Shown here: piece by piece, positions 53,701-64,000 of the stretch | Position numbering within the stretch: the first letter of the stretch is position 1 | How the letters are laid out: each line of letters begins with the position of its first letter | Origin: Phoronis australis | Taxonomy: Eukaryota > Animalia > Phoronida | NCBI GenBank assembly: GCA_002633005.1 | Contig: NMRA01000029.1 | Span: forward strand, 1,280,691 to 1,344,690 | Direction: 5' to 3' | DNA: 64,000 bases | The notes under the pieces: model-generated | The model's database searches: none | What the model was told of the DNA's origin: nothing | Seen by the model: only the letters and a program-made list of their open reading frames with translations | Position numbers and translations under genes: made by a program

Positions 53701-55273
53701 CAAATATTTTATATATAGGTGTTTGTGTATGATGTACAAGGGTTTTCAGAATAATGTACCAGTTTATTTATCCTGTAACCTTGTACTTGTTCGAAATACA
53801 TGTAGCTACCAAATCAGGACACGATTTTCTACTTCAAACAATTTGGTTTTGCCTAAACACAGAACTTCGTTTTACTTTTGTCCATCTTTATTCAAGCCAT
53901 TCAACAACAGATCAACTTGCCAAATAATCTAAAGGAAGCTGACCGTTATGATGATTTCACACTCAAACTCATTAGTTGCCTGTGATCGTCATACTGTCCC
54001 TCCTTTTTGTCACTCTAATGTATATATCATTATTTAATTTAATTTTTGCTGTAGAGGACCATGCTGTATATTAGCCTTTGGGTAAAGCATGTTTATATCT
54101 ATTGTATTTTATGCTCTATAAATAATTTCTTAATACTATTATTGTTATTATCCTTATTATTTCAACCGCAATGGATTTTAGAGGACTCACGAGTTGGTTG
54201 TACCTCCCTACCTCGATGGACATTCTAAAGTGAAAATTCGGGACATCTGAAAAGGGGCAATGTTCATCGGCAAGTGGGTATACATACGTGTTGGCTTCGA
54301 GAGTTGAAATTGAGCTGAGGGTTGGACTACCCTTGTGAGGCAGATCTACCATTAAGTGTATCTCCGACCCGATTTGGGCCGGCGAATACTCCCAGAGGTT
54401 GCTGCCTATGTACACCGTGGAAGTACCCTCGCGCTAGTTCAAGGATTAGATTTCAGCACGGCCCGATTTGTTGTGGCAGTACCCTCGCGCTGGTTAAGGG
54501 ATTAGAGTTCACCAGGGCCCGATTTGTTACAGTGACTACAAATTTTTCTAGGTTTGCACTTGAATTAAACGGTCCGTTGTAAGGAGCCAGGTCTCATCAA
54601 ATTGCCACCAGTATACATGTACTCTTTCGGCAAAACTACGAGTGTGGATACGTACCCGAAACACGCTTTGCCTGGATCATTACATCACAAACTTCCAAGG
54701 TACCTGCTGGAAAAAGAATCATAGTCAAGTAACGACCGATTTCTTGTTTTCGGCATTCGGCGCTTATTGACTTTCTTTCACCGGGAACTTCTGGCAAGAT
54801 GAAGTCGGCACACAGTGCATCGTTGGTGATGGTTGACACTTGTATTTGTACATTGATACCTGGAAGAAATAACGACTAGCTGTGCTTCCTACTGCTACGA
54901 TATTGAGCGCTACGTCGGCCGCTGAAAATGACTCACTTCGACATAGGGCGAAATCAGAATGAGAAGCCTTATTAAGCCACGTAACGAGAGTCATTCCGAC
55001 GACGGTTTAACTTTATAAATAAAAAAACGGTTACATTGTATTATTTCATGTCATATTTGGTAAGAGTCGAAATTAAATTGAAAACGTGCTGTACCAGTCA
55101 TTACCTAAGCGGCTCCCATTATGCATGTATTTAACTGTAACGGTGATTTCGTCGAAAAGCATAACTGTGACAAAGAAAAAAAGGACGTAATCTTCATAGC
55201 ATGACAAGTTCGAGCGACCAGTAGATGCATTGGTGAATATAATGCCAAATGCGATAACGGAGTATATTCTCAT
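41172..55273 (-). CDS. Gene B: spliced polycystin-1/REJ-like receptor (signal? - F-type-lectin-like - kringle - FN3 x2 - REJ - GAIN/GPS - TM1 - PLAT - TM2-5)
   Basis: Phase-1 exons at 55273-55105 (tentative), 54859-54656, 49130-48873, 48554-48306, 45731-45453 and 44722-41172 join in frame. Confidence 0.75.
45453..45731 (-). CDS. Gene B FN3 exon (phase 1-1; alternative donor would end at 45468)
   Basis: tttcag|GTCTT acceptor; DSIKVSWSRADG.VDRYRLTC...CKDLLPNSEYTISV. Confidence 0.88.
46161..47408 (-). mobile_element. Non-autonomous TIR DNA transposon carrying a decayed THAP domain
   Basis: Inverted repeats of about 47 bp at 46161-46207 and 47362-47408 (ttactcgtcctctactc..gaagtga.gttttggga.gcaagaattt). 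The minus strand reads MCYCCCVPGC, then after a frameshift LHRFPKDDILRRTWL...RVCAA. Confidence 0.8.
48306..48554 (-). CDS. Gene B FN3 exon (83 codons, phase 1-1)
   Basis: ttgtag|GTCTG...ACAG|gtaaag; DSVVLSWSLP...LC...ANCEQLDSGSVYTIAV. Confidence 0.85.
48873..49130 (-). CDS. Gene B kringle-domain exon (86 codons, phase 1-1)
   Basis: ttttag|CGGAT...CAGG|gtgaga; six Cys in the kringle pattern CW....YTG......GRMCRPW...ENSCRNP...WCF...CSVPKC. Confidence 0.92.
52610..53985 (+). mobile_element. 5'-truncated, decayed CR1/L2-like LINE (RT and 3' end), antisense within a gene B intron
   Basis: WKLANVSPLHK, NYRPISILP, QSGFR, FKKAFDLV, YADD and NAEKTK motifs spread over frameshifted ORFs. Confidence 0.92.
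54423..54535. repeat. Two-unit tandem repeat of about 56 bp
   Basis: gtaccctcgcgct(a/g)gtt...ggattaga...ggcccgatttgtt occurs twice. Confidence 0.75.
54656..54859 (-). CDS. Gene B exon: C-terminal part of an F-type lectin (fucolectin)/discoidin-like domain (68 codons, phase 1-1)
   Basis: ttccag|GTATC...TCGG|gtacgt; INVQIQVS...LCA...EC....IGRYLTMIL...LEVCDVMI resembles the C..GRYV.I...L.LCEV.V ending of FTP domains. Confidence 0.72.
55105..55273 (-). CDS. Candidate first coding exon(s) of gene B (signal-peptide-like start)
   Basis: gccATG MRIYSVIAFGIIFTNASTG is hydrophobic. The frame stays open to the phase-1 donor TTAG|gtaatg at 55105. An internal acceptor (tttctttgtcacag, 55164) could define a 60-bp exon instead. 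Confidence 0.45.
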
Positions 55274-55606
55274 GGCTAGGCTTAACAATGCGTTTTACAG
55301 AACTGACTGTCAGTATACGTATCACTGTGCTGATATGCACTCCTATACTACATATGACTAACACATTTAGCTTAAAAGAGGTGCCATTATGCTACAAACA
55401 GAATTTTATTAATACATCTTATTAAGAGATTTAGTAGCCTCTAGTATACCTGTTGCTAAGAAACAAGCAAAAATATTAAAAAATATGTTTTTATGTTATC
55501 CAGGTTGTACGTTGTGAGTGGAAGACCATCTCCGACGTTGTTGTCTTTACCAGTGCGATAGTGAGGAGTTGTGAGGAAAGTCCATGGAGAGCCGCCGCTT
55601 TCCGAC

Positions 55607-55812
55607 ATGAAAATGTGCGTTTGTGGAGGCTGTAGCAACAGCAGCTTGACTGAGAACGTCTCTGTGTTGAAAATCCCTAAATACGGGAAAGTTGCACAGA
55701 AATGCCGTCGGTTTGGGCGCCGCACGAGAGTGCATGTAGAATGTCAGTGTGGAACATGCGATTCAGTTGAAAGCGACAGTTTGTTCGGTACATTTTAAGG
55801 AATCGAATTTCA
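55607..55812 (+). pseudogene. Decayed THAP zinc-finger (transposon-derived)
   Basis: MKMCVCGGCSNS...VSVLKIPK, then after a frameshift ATVCSVHFKESNF (C2CH pattern). Confidence 0.7.
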
Positions 55813-57074
55813 ACCAAGCACAAAAAATGCGTTACGATGAGGGACTCGCCACCTTTTAATTGTACTTCAAATTTTATAAATGACAAACAAATTGCTTTCA
55901 TTCTAGGGCGAGTGATGCCAGGCCCTCGACTCCGGCTCAGATCGAGTGCTACGACAGGTAGGCTTAGGCATTGTGCTGATCCCATCATGACACTCACGAA
56001 TACGAGTGACCCAGGTTTACTGTGGGCTTTGTCAGTGATTATTAAATGTAAGTGTCTATTTTGTGAATATTGACTACCTTATTGTTCATTTGATTGTAGC
56101 TCGCAAATGTCTGCAGCGTTTTTGGTGCAAGTGGGTCGAATTCATTACAACATCAAAGGTGACAAAAGTTCGCTCAGGGAAAATTCAAATCGGATTGTCA
56201 GATTCTTCAAGTACTTGGGTGTGATGCCCATATCCTCTCTCTCCTCTCTGTCTGCATAATAATTGTCTAGTTCTTGCTCAAAATCATCGTCTTCTGATCT
56301 GCTGTGTTCCGTCGTTGCAATTGATTGTCAAGTGACCAACCGTTTTCTACCCATTACCTCATTTGGCGGGAAACTTGGAAATAACACATTTTTCTTCAAG
56401 ATTAAAAAAATTGCTACTATTTGGCATAAAATGTGCTGATTTAGTTCGATTACATGGTATTTATTTCATATAAGTTAATTGAAACCTCAGATACTAAGAA
56501 AATCCATGGTGGGAACATTTTAAATTCGTCTCATCTGCAGTAAAAATCCTGTTTTCCAACAACCCCTCTTTCTCGAAAGGGACTGTAATGAATTTGCCAT
56601 AGGAAGAGGTTGATCAAAACAAGAGTGGCTGCGCGAACAGTTCACTAAACTGTACATGTTTTACGCTCCTGGGTAGGAATTAGTGAATATATGGCTTTCA
56701 GAATCAACAAAAAACTGATGCTTTTGCACACTGAAGGAGCAGTCAAAACCTCTGGGTTGGAAAAAAGGACGTCAATCGCCGCTGGCTACTGGTCAGCTGC
56801 AGATAAGATCGACACATCCTCCGCTATTCTAGCGGGGAGGGCATGCAGGTTTGTAAAAATTGAGCGTTTTGTGACATGTTTTGCAATTTGGTACAATGTT
56901 AAAGGAGAATGCCACCCTATTTAATTAGTCTTTTTTGCCGTCTTAATCGGTTTATATCCACATGGCCTCGCGTACGGTCGACCATACCATGCCGAGAGGT
57001 GTCGCGTTAACCTGTGAGGAAGGTGAGAAACGACGCAGCGACGTCAGTGGTTCATTTGCAGAGTGAATGCCACT

Positions 57075-57262
57075 ATGTTGCGGTGCATCGTTCCCACTTG
57101 TCCGAACTATGCAGCTGCGAGGAAAGGAGGTATATCGTTTTTTTCGACTTCCTCGAGAGTTCGAAATGCTTAGGAAGTGGCTTGCAGCAGTGAAGAATGA
57201 AAGGTATGCTATAAAAAGCAAGTATGAGGCTGTGTAACATCTTCGTGTCTGTGGCCTGCAGT
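57075..57262 (+). pseudogene. Decayed THAP zinc-finger (transposon-derived)
   Basis: MLRCIVPTCPN...GISFF, a one-base frameshift in a T7 run, then RLPREFEMLRKWLAAVK and HLRVCGL. Confidence 0.75.
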
Positions 57263-59576
57263 CGTCTTAAGTGCCTGACGAATGCCGGCTTACCAAATAA
57301 CTATCCATACGTTCCGTTGTCTGAGCTTGTTCACGGCGCCTCTCTAGTATTTCACTGTATTCCGGTTCGAACTGATAGCCTGTGAAACTTAACAATCCAC
57401 CTGCGAAGTCTTCGTCCGGTTGACCTCTCGTCTAAGTCGGGATTGTGAGTTGCCATGTTGACGTTTATTACTGAGCGTTCTGTTTCAAAATGAATTATTC
57501 TCACCCTAACTAATACTTATACAAAACTGAAACAAAGTCTGTCTCATTAGGTGCAATTTGCAATGCCTTTGGAGTGCTCGTGAGTGCAAATGATTTGAAA
57601 AGCCATAAATGAATAAATCACTGCGTTACCGGCTTTAGGTGCAATAAACTAATCGACGGTGCACCGGGGCCGTGTGAGCTCATGGTAATTCAGTGTTTGC
57701 TGATAGAAACAGTTGTGAAACAATAACTCGATTTTCTATCCAACAGCCAGGTGTTAGGGGAATCTCTATTTACATTTACATTATTCAAATATTGATTGTC
57801 AATGTACAACTTCTGCCCTGACAGTTCTGTGGCCAAAGCGGAACCTGAATTCGCGGCCCCCTACGAATAAGTAGATTTACAGTTTAGAGGCTAATTCACC
57901 AACATAATCACGTGCCCATTACTTTTTTGGCTCACTAGTATAGTATTTTCTTGACTGGAAGTTTAGTTTCCAACTTTGGCTGGTTTACGTTCGTGATGTC
58001 TTCAGTCCGGCCGCGATGGGCCTGATCGGGTTCCGAGCCACTGACCAGGATAACAAGCGTTTTGTGTGTTTAGAAGTAAAAAAATACAAGTCTAAACAAC
58101 ACAGATCTATTTTCTCCTTGCTGTATCTCACGGAAAAACACTTCGAATTTATCTCCGAAAAGACCCCAAACTCCTACTACGGACCTTATTGGCCTGCCGA
58201 ACTTTGTAGGCTACGGTGTGTCCAAATACCAATAAATCCGTAACAGCGAAGTAAAACAACACGTTTTAATAAGAACTTGGTGTAATTTTAAGGGTTTGGT
58301 TTAAATCGAAGTTTGATGATGTATTGTTGTTAAACAATGAATTCAAGCAATAAGCTGACCCCAGTAAACCGTGCTTTGAACTGCTGAACAGACTGCGTGT
58401 GAAACCAATTACGTCATTGGATAATTTCAACACCTCGGTCTGCCGTCAGGTGACAGGTAACGCAACCGTAGTGCCGTTATCGAGTAGAACTACTCGATCG
58501 AAATTGATACAAATTAGGTTGTTTTTTGGTTGGCATGCTCCTTTAAGTATAACCAAATTAAATTGAAAATACGTCAGCAACGTGTGCTCACCTCCTAGTG
58601 GCCGATATGCACAAAATCCAACATGGCCGCTGCCGAAAATGAAAATTGGCATACTTCGGCTATCATTATCTCTACAACATACTGTAAAACCCTGTTTTCA
58701 GTACTTTTGGGTTGAGGAAATCATTTCTTCTGATGTCAGTTTTATCTTTTGATGCCTATTAAAGCGTTGAACACTGCTTCTGGACTGAAAATTTAAAACA
58801 TTTGGACACGCACAATGTCTCCAGACAGAAAATTTCAAACGCTTGGCCCCGCGCAGTTCCACTCTTACACCTTTTGGTTATATTATTTTTGTTGGTTGGT
58901 AACAGGCTATATATAAAGTATGGAAAGCTAATTTAGTGATTGATTTTTATTTAATTTTTCTCTAATGCATAAATCTAGATCTGTCCCTAGAAATTCCTCC
59001 ATTGTATTGGAAACATCTCTACATGGTTGCCGACAATCTCTTCGATATCCCAAAAGAAAGGTCTCTAACTGGTCATTGTCTTCCCTTTGCCAAGAACTGT
59101 CTAACAAAGAATTGCAATGCCCATACAAAAGGAGTGTTATCAGAGAGCCTGGCAAACCCTTGAAGACGATTGGAAACATTGTGTCGACCATGATATACCT
59201 TTACCGTTGGGAGTGATCTTGGAGTGCGTGGATGATGGTTCAGCATTAGCTAAAACAACATTAAAGAGTGAAACTAAATACCATGGTGGATCCCTAGGAC
59301 GCTTTTGTTCGTGGACTGCGAAGCGAAAATTGAACAGATGGACCAAGGAAGACTTCGATAGTGAAGAGAACTTGGGTCGCAAAAACGGTCAAACTTTAAT
59401 AACGCCTCGATCTCACCAATTTGTAGTGTAGTGTGTCTACTGCGAGATGTTTCAAGTGTCAGAATAAATATTATAATAAGTCTGCTAGAAGAGTACTCTG
59501 ACATCTTTAGTGAAGTACCAGGTACATTACGACCCATCTGGTTGAGCACAAGATTGAGACCATCAGTGAAGAGCCG

Positions 59577-60805
59577 GTGAGAGTCAAGCCGTATCCCCTG
59601 CCATATGCCACACGGTCGGTTGTGCAGGAGGAAGTTGACAACATGTTAAAGTGTGGAGTCATAGAACCTTCCGATGCACAGTACAACTCTCCGGTGGTCT
59701 TAGTGAAGAAGAAGGACGGTTCAAATCGATTCTGCATCGATTTTCGTCGTTTGAACGCCATCACCAAGTTCGACTCGGAACCGATGGGCAATCCTGATGA
59801 CATCATGGTTAAGATCAGTAAAGACCAGTATTTTACAAAGATTGATCTGAGTAAAGGGTACTGGCAAGTCATTGTCGCCGAAGAATCACGGCCTAAGACC
59901 TCGTTCGTAGTACCAAGTGGTTGCTACAAGTTCGTAAAGATGCCATTTGGTCTGGTAAATTCGGCAGCGACCTTCAACCGCATGATGAGGAAGATGTTGG
60001 CAGGAGCACATAATACAGAACATCATGTGGATGACATTCTGTGCCATAATAAGGCCTGGACTGAACACCTTGCCACCTTGCGAGACACCTTCCAACGTGT
60101 GCGAGAAGCTGGACTAACGATTCGACCCACCAAGTGTTCGGTTGGATCTCGTTCCGTCGATTTCGTTGGACATGTGGTCGCTGACGGGCACCTGGCAATG
60201 GATGAAGAAAAGCTGGGACGCATCCAAGATGCAACAAGACCCAGAACGAAGAAACAAAATCGTTCTTTTCTTGGGTTGGCTGGATACTACAGGAAGTTCA
60301 TCCCAAACTTTGCTGAAATCGCCGTCCCGCTTACTGAGCTCACGAAGAAGAAACAGCCTAACTCCGTGCACTGGGAAGAAGCTCAGCAGCATGCATTCGA
60401 CACTCTTCGAGACCTGCTGACGAGAGCACTCATACTGAGATTACCTGATTTCAATAAACCTTTTATTGTTCAGACTGATGCGTCAGATACTGGTATAGGC
60501 TGTACATTGTTGCAGGAGTATGATGATGGCAGGTTCCCAGTAGCATGTGCTAGTAAGAAGTTGTTACCTCGGGAACGGAATGTTTGGCTATTGTATTTGC
60601 AATCAGAAAATTTGCGAAGTACTTGTATGGTAAAGAATTTATCATTCATACTGACCATCAACCTCTGGCTTACATTCAAAAAAGTAAGTTAGTTAATGGA
60701 CGTATCATGAGGTGGGCCTTGTTTTTGCAAAGCTATCGATTTAAGGTTGAAGCTATCGAAGGCTCAGAGAACGTTGGTGCCGATTACCTGAGTAGGTTAG
60801 AGTAA
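59577..60805 (+). pseudogene. Gypsy pol: reverse transcriptase and RNase H, frameshifted
   Basis: SPVVLVKKKDGSNRFCIDFRRLN, IDLSKGYWQ, MPFGL, HVDD (in place of YxDD), FLGLAGYYRKFI and TDAS, a frameshift near 60580, then TDHQPL and NVGADYLSR*. Confidence 0.95.
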
Positions 60806-60909
60806 TGAAGATTCATGGAAATTGGGTAATAGATCTAAGTGTTAATCAATAATTAAGTCTTCCATGTTGAGAAAATCTTAAGAAGTATTTTCTTGAGGAG
60901 GGGCTTATT

Positions 60910-62252
60910 TGTCAGAATAAATATTGATTAAGTAATTAGTAAGAATAGAGTCATTTTAAGTTGCCCAACATTTGTGCATATGTACTTTTAGATCATGGGT
61001 CAGACTTGTTGACATGTATTTTAACGTCAAAATCTATTTTTAGATGGTGTTTACAACTTTGGGTTCTGGGGTCAAAGTACTCTAGAGATTCTAGAATATT
61101 CTGAGAACAAATTGTAACAGCCAATAACATGAGTGGATATGATCATGTGATTTTTATTAGCCAATCACTAAATAAGTAGAATGTTGTATTATGGGCTGAA
61201 ATCAACAAGATAATTAGATGCGCTATAGTAGTTGAAGCATAAAGACTTGCTACAGGGGGAGAGAGTATTCAGACCAATTAGGTTTTAGCTTTTCTACAAT
61301 ATGTTCTTTGAACCTTTTTGGATGGAAATGCAGTCCAGCTGCTCCAGACGACGATCATAAAGCTTTCTCAAGTCAGCAAGGTTGACGGAAGAATGCTCGA
61401 ACTGGACAAGGGATCGCATTACTGATTAAAATAGGTTTCTTTTGAACATGGCGGTTTGGACTGGGCTGCTCGAGCGTCATTTCTTAACTGAGTATAACAT
61501 GATTTGTGCTCATAGACATCGTCAGCCTCGGTGTCAATATCTGTGCTTAAACGTGCAGGTACCACCCAATTATTGGATTCTGTAGCCTATGTGGTGAGGT
61601 TATGTTGGCTTCAGTTTAGGCTTCTTGCTCTNAGAGAGTATTCAGACCACTTAGGTTTTAGCTTTTCTACAATATGTTCTTTGAACCTTTTTGGATGGAA
61701 ATGCAGTCCAGCTGCTCCAGACGACGATCATAAAGCTTTCTCAAGTCAACAATGTTGACGGAAGAATGGTCGAACTGGACAAGAGATCGCATTACTGATT
61801 AAAGTAGGTTTCTTTTGAACATGGCGGTTTGGACTGGGCTGCTCGAGCGTCATTTCTTAACTGAGTATAACATGATTTGTGCTCATAGACATCGTCAGCC
61901 TCGGTGTCAATATCTGTGCTTAAACGTGCAGGTACCACTCAATTATTGGATTCTGTAGCCTATGTGGTGAGGTTATGTTGGCTTCAGTTTAGACTTCTTG
62001 CTCTGAAAATTTGTTCAACGCCATCACCTTGAATCTTTTCGCAACAGACACACTGCATAGCAATCGGTGCTATCGAAGCATACATTAAAACTTTATTATT
62101 TTTTCCGACTCAAATTCTCTTCATTATCACAGTGCTCCCTGGTCCTGTGTCCAATTATGGCTGTAAAATGTATGAGCTGAAGCGTTCTCGATATCCGTTG
62201 TGGTATTTAGCTTCATTCTTTAGCAATGTTTTTTACTATTTCTGAACCGTCA
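60910..62252 (+). repeat. Putative 3' LTR, containing a 371-bp duplication (61261-61631 and 61633-62003) joined at a single n
   Basis: TG start directly after the PPT and a CA end before the candidate TSD. The internal direct repeat runs agagagtattcagacca...cttcttgctct. Confidence 0.65.
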
Positions 62253-62796
62253 TCAAGGCACTCTAAGTTCACTCCCAATGCTAAAGGTACACCACTGTCG
62301 ACAACACCTTTCAATTCGGCTTCAACTGTTTGGTAGACACTGTGATAACACTTCCTTTTATATGGGCATTGTTCTAGACAAAAGGAACACAATGACTAGT
62401 TGGTGACCTTTCTTTTAGAGATTTCGAAGAGATTGTCGTAAACCGACGTGTTGAGATGTTTTCAATACAATGGAGGAATTTAATGCTGAGGTAAGGTTTT
62501 CAAGACCATGGATATTGTCGGAGGTAGGATGTGAAAATTTAAATTAGAAAAAGTGAAACCAGTCACTAACACAGCTTTCCAGACATTGCATGTATATACA
62601 GGCCGATTCCAACCAACGAAAAAGAATATAACCAATAGATGAAATAGGAGAGCTGCACGGTGTCACGCGTTTGATATTTTACATCGGGAGACAGTATGCA
62701 AAGATTCAAATGACCTTAAACAAAAAATTGAGAATTGAAATAACCCGTCACCGCCCAAAATATTGAAAACATGGAATTACAATATGTTATAATGAT

Positions 62797-63591
62797 AATG
62801 GGGCTATTCGGAGAANCGATCGCTTTTTTGCGTTCGCGATCGCCATAGAGAATTAACGACTTTGTTCCCGATCGCCGTCTCTCACAAGGACCTGTTTGTA
62901 TTGGTAAATATCTCGAATTGCTTCACAAATAATAACTTTGTTATTAACAAAGGTGTCACCAGGGACGATTTAACTATAAACGTCACATGTCTCTATTTAA
63001 GAACCCTGGAATTGCTAATAATAAGTAGAAATTGTCGATTTTACGAGGCGCAAAGCATTTTACCGAAAGCCATTGCTTTCTGAGCTCTATATTTTAGAAA
63101 ATAAGCAAAACCAAGTATTATTTCAGATCCAAAACAAAGGTTACACTCTGACGCTTTCCTGTGTGTAGCATTCGTATCAAAAGTGGCCTCTATTTAAGCA
63201 GAAAATGACACTTAAACTCACCGGGTACGTCATCGTCGTCTGACATTTTTGGTGCAAGGTCTCGTTCCCGATCGCCTTCCGGGCGTTATCGATCGCGGGT
63301 TGGCCGGGGTGGTCATTAAAACATGATATCTTTCAAAAGCAATAGATGGCAGGCTAGTGCAGCTAAATTGCCGGTGTATTTAAACAAACTTAACATAAAA
63401 CGCATATGTTTACAACATAACCGACGTAGCTTAATTCATAATAAAAGCGATAAGCGCGAGTTGTGATCACCATGCCCAGTTTTCACAATATGTCACACGA
63501 GCAGTACACTTTATTTGTGGGCTGAGTATACTTATGCACATTAGAAAGTTTATCCGAGAAGGAACCGTGTGCAATGGGGCTATTCGGAGAA
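62797..63591. repeat. Repeat-family segment with recurrent GTTCC(C/A)GATCGC words; related words at about 38710-39165
   Basis: aatggggctattcggagaa at 62797 and 63573; gttcccgatcgc variants at about 62832, 62864, 63264, 38717, 38748 and 39144. Confidence 0.5.
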
Positions 63592-64000
63592 TTCTCCTCG
63601 CGGTGTCGCTGCTGTACTAGTGGTGATTAAATTGCGCATGCGTCGCTGTCTGCATGTAAACAACTGGTAAAAGATGGAATTTTTATCAAAATACGTCGTC
63701 GCGCTAAGCTTTATTACTGCTAATTTCCGTGGTGCAAGTCTTCGACAGGTGGCCACAAATTCCCAAAAAGACCTAAGGTTACTATATTTGTGGACAATTG
63801 CGGTCAACAGGGTCAACTAACTGACAAAAAGTGTGTGGATGCAGAAGCCCCGTGTGTGCTCTATGACTACTGATGCAGCCATTCGGAGACTATGCAACAT
63901 TATTTGGTAAGTTTTTTAGCAATCAGGTCTCCAATCTCCGTACTCAGACTCGAATCATGCTCAAACTCACACTTCATACTCAACTCGAGTACAGACTCAG

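Larger units (their letters stand above)
59457..62252 (+). mobile_element. Internally deleted Gypsy (Gmr1-like) LTR retrotransposon
   Basis: Begins with the same 16 bp (tgtcagaataaatatt) as the 3' LTR start at 60910. Contains RT-RNaseH and a polypurine tract gaggagggg just before 60910. Candidate end ...gtCA at 62252 with TCAAG on both sides. Confidence 0.8.

Overview
AT-rich, intron-containing eukaryotic DNA, probably from an invertebrate animal, with no prokaryotic operon structure, rRNA, tRNA or CRISPR array evident. The window holds two convergent (tail-to-tail) polycystin-1/REJ-like receptor genes. Gene A (+, 5' end probably outside the window) has five intact phase-1 FN3 exons, one FN3 pseudo-exon and a 3.7-kb terminal exon. 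Gene B (-) has a putative signal/F-type-lectin-like start, a kringle exon, two FN3 exons and a 3.55-kb terminal exon. In both genes one intron-free exon encodes REJ, GAIN/GPS, TM1, PLAT and TM2-5. It stops just after TM5, so the TOP domain and six-TM channel-like half of canonical polycystin-1 appear to be absent. The rest is transposon debris: a TTAA-flanked Sola3-like element, a Kolobok-like element, three decayed THAP copies (one inside a TIR element), CR1/L2-like LINE fragments and Gmr1-like Gypsy remnants. Three duplications abut N positions and are probably assembly artefacts. All calls were made by eye from motifs and splice-phase checks, with no database searches.
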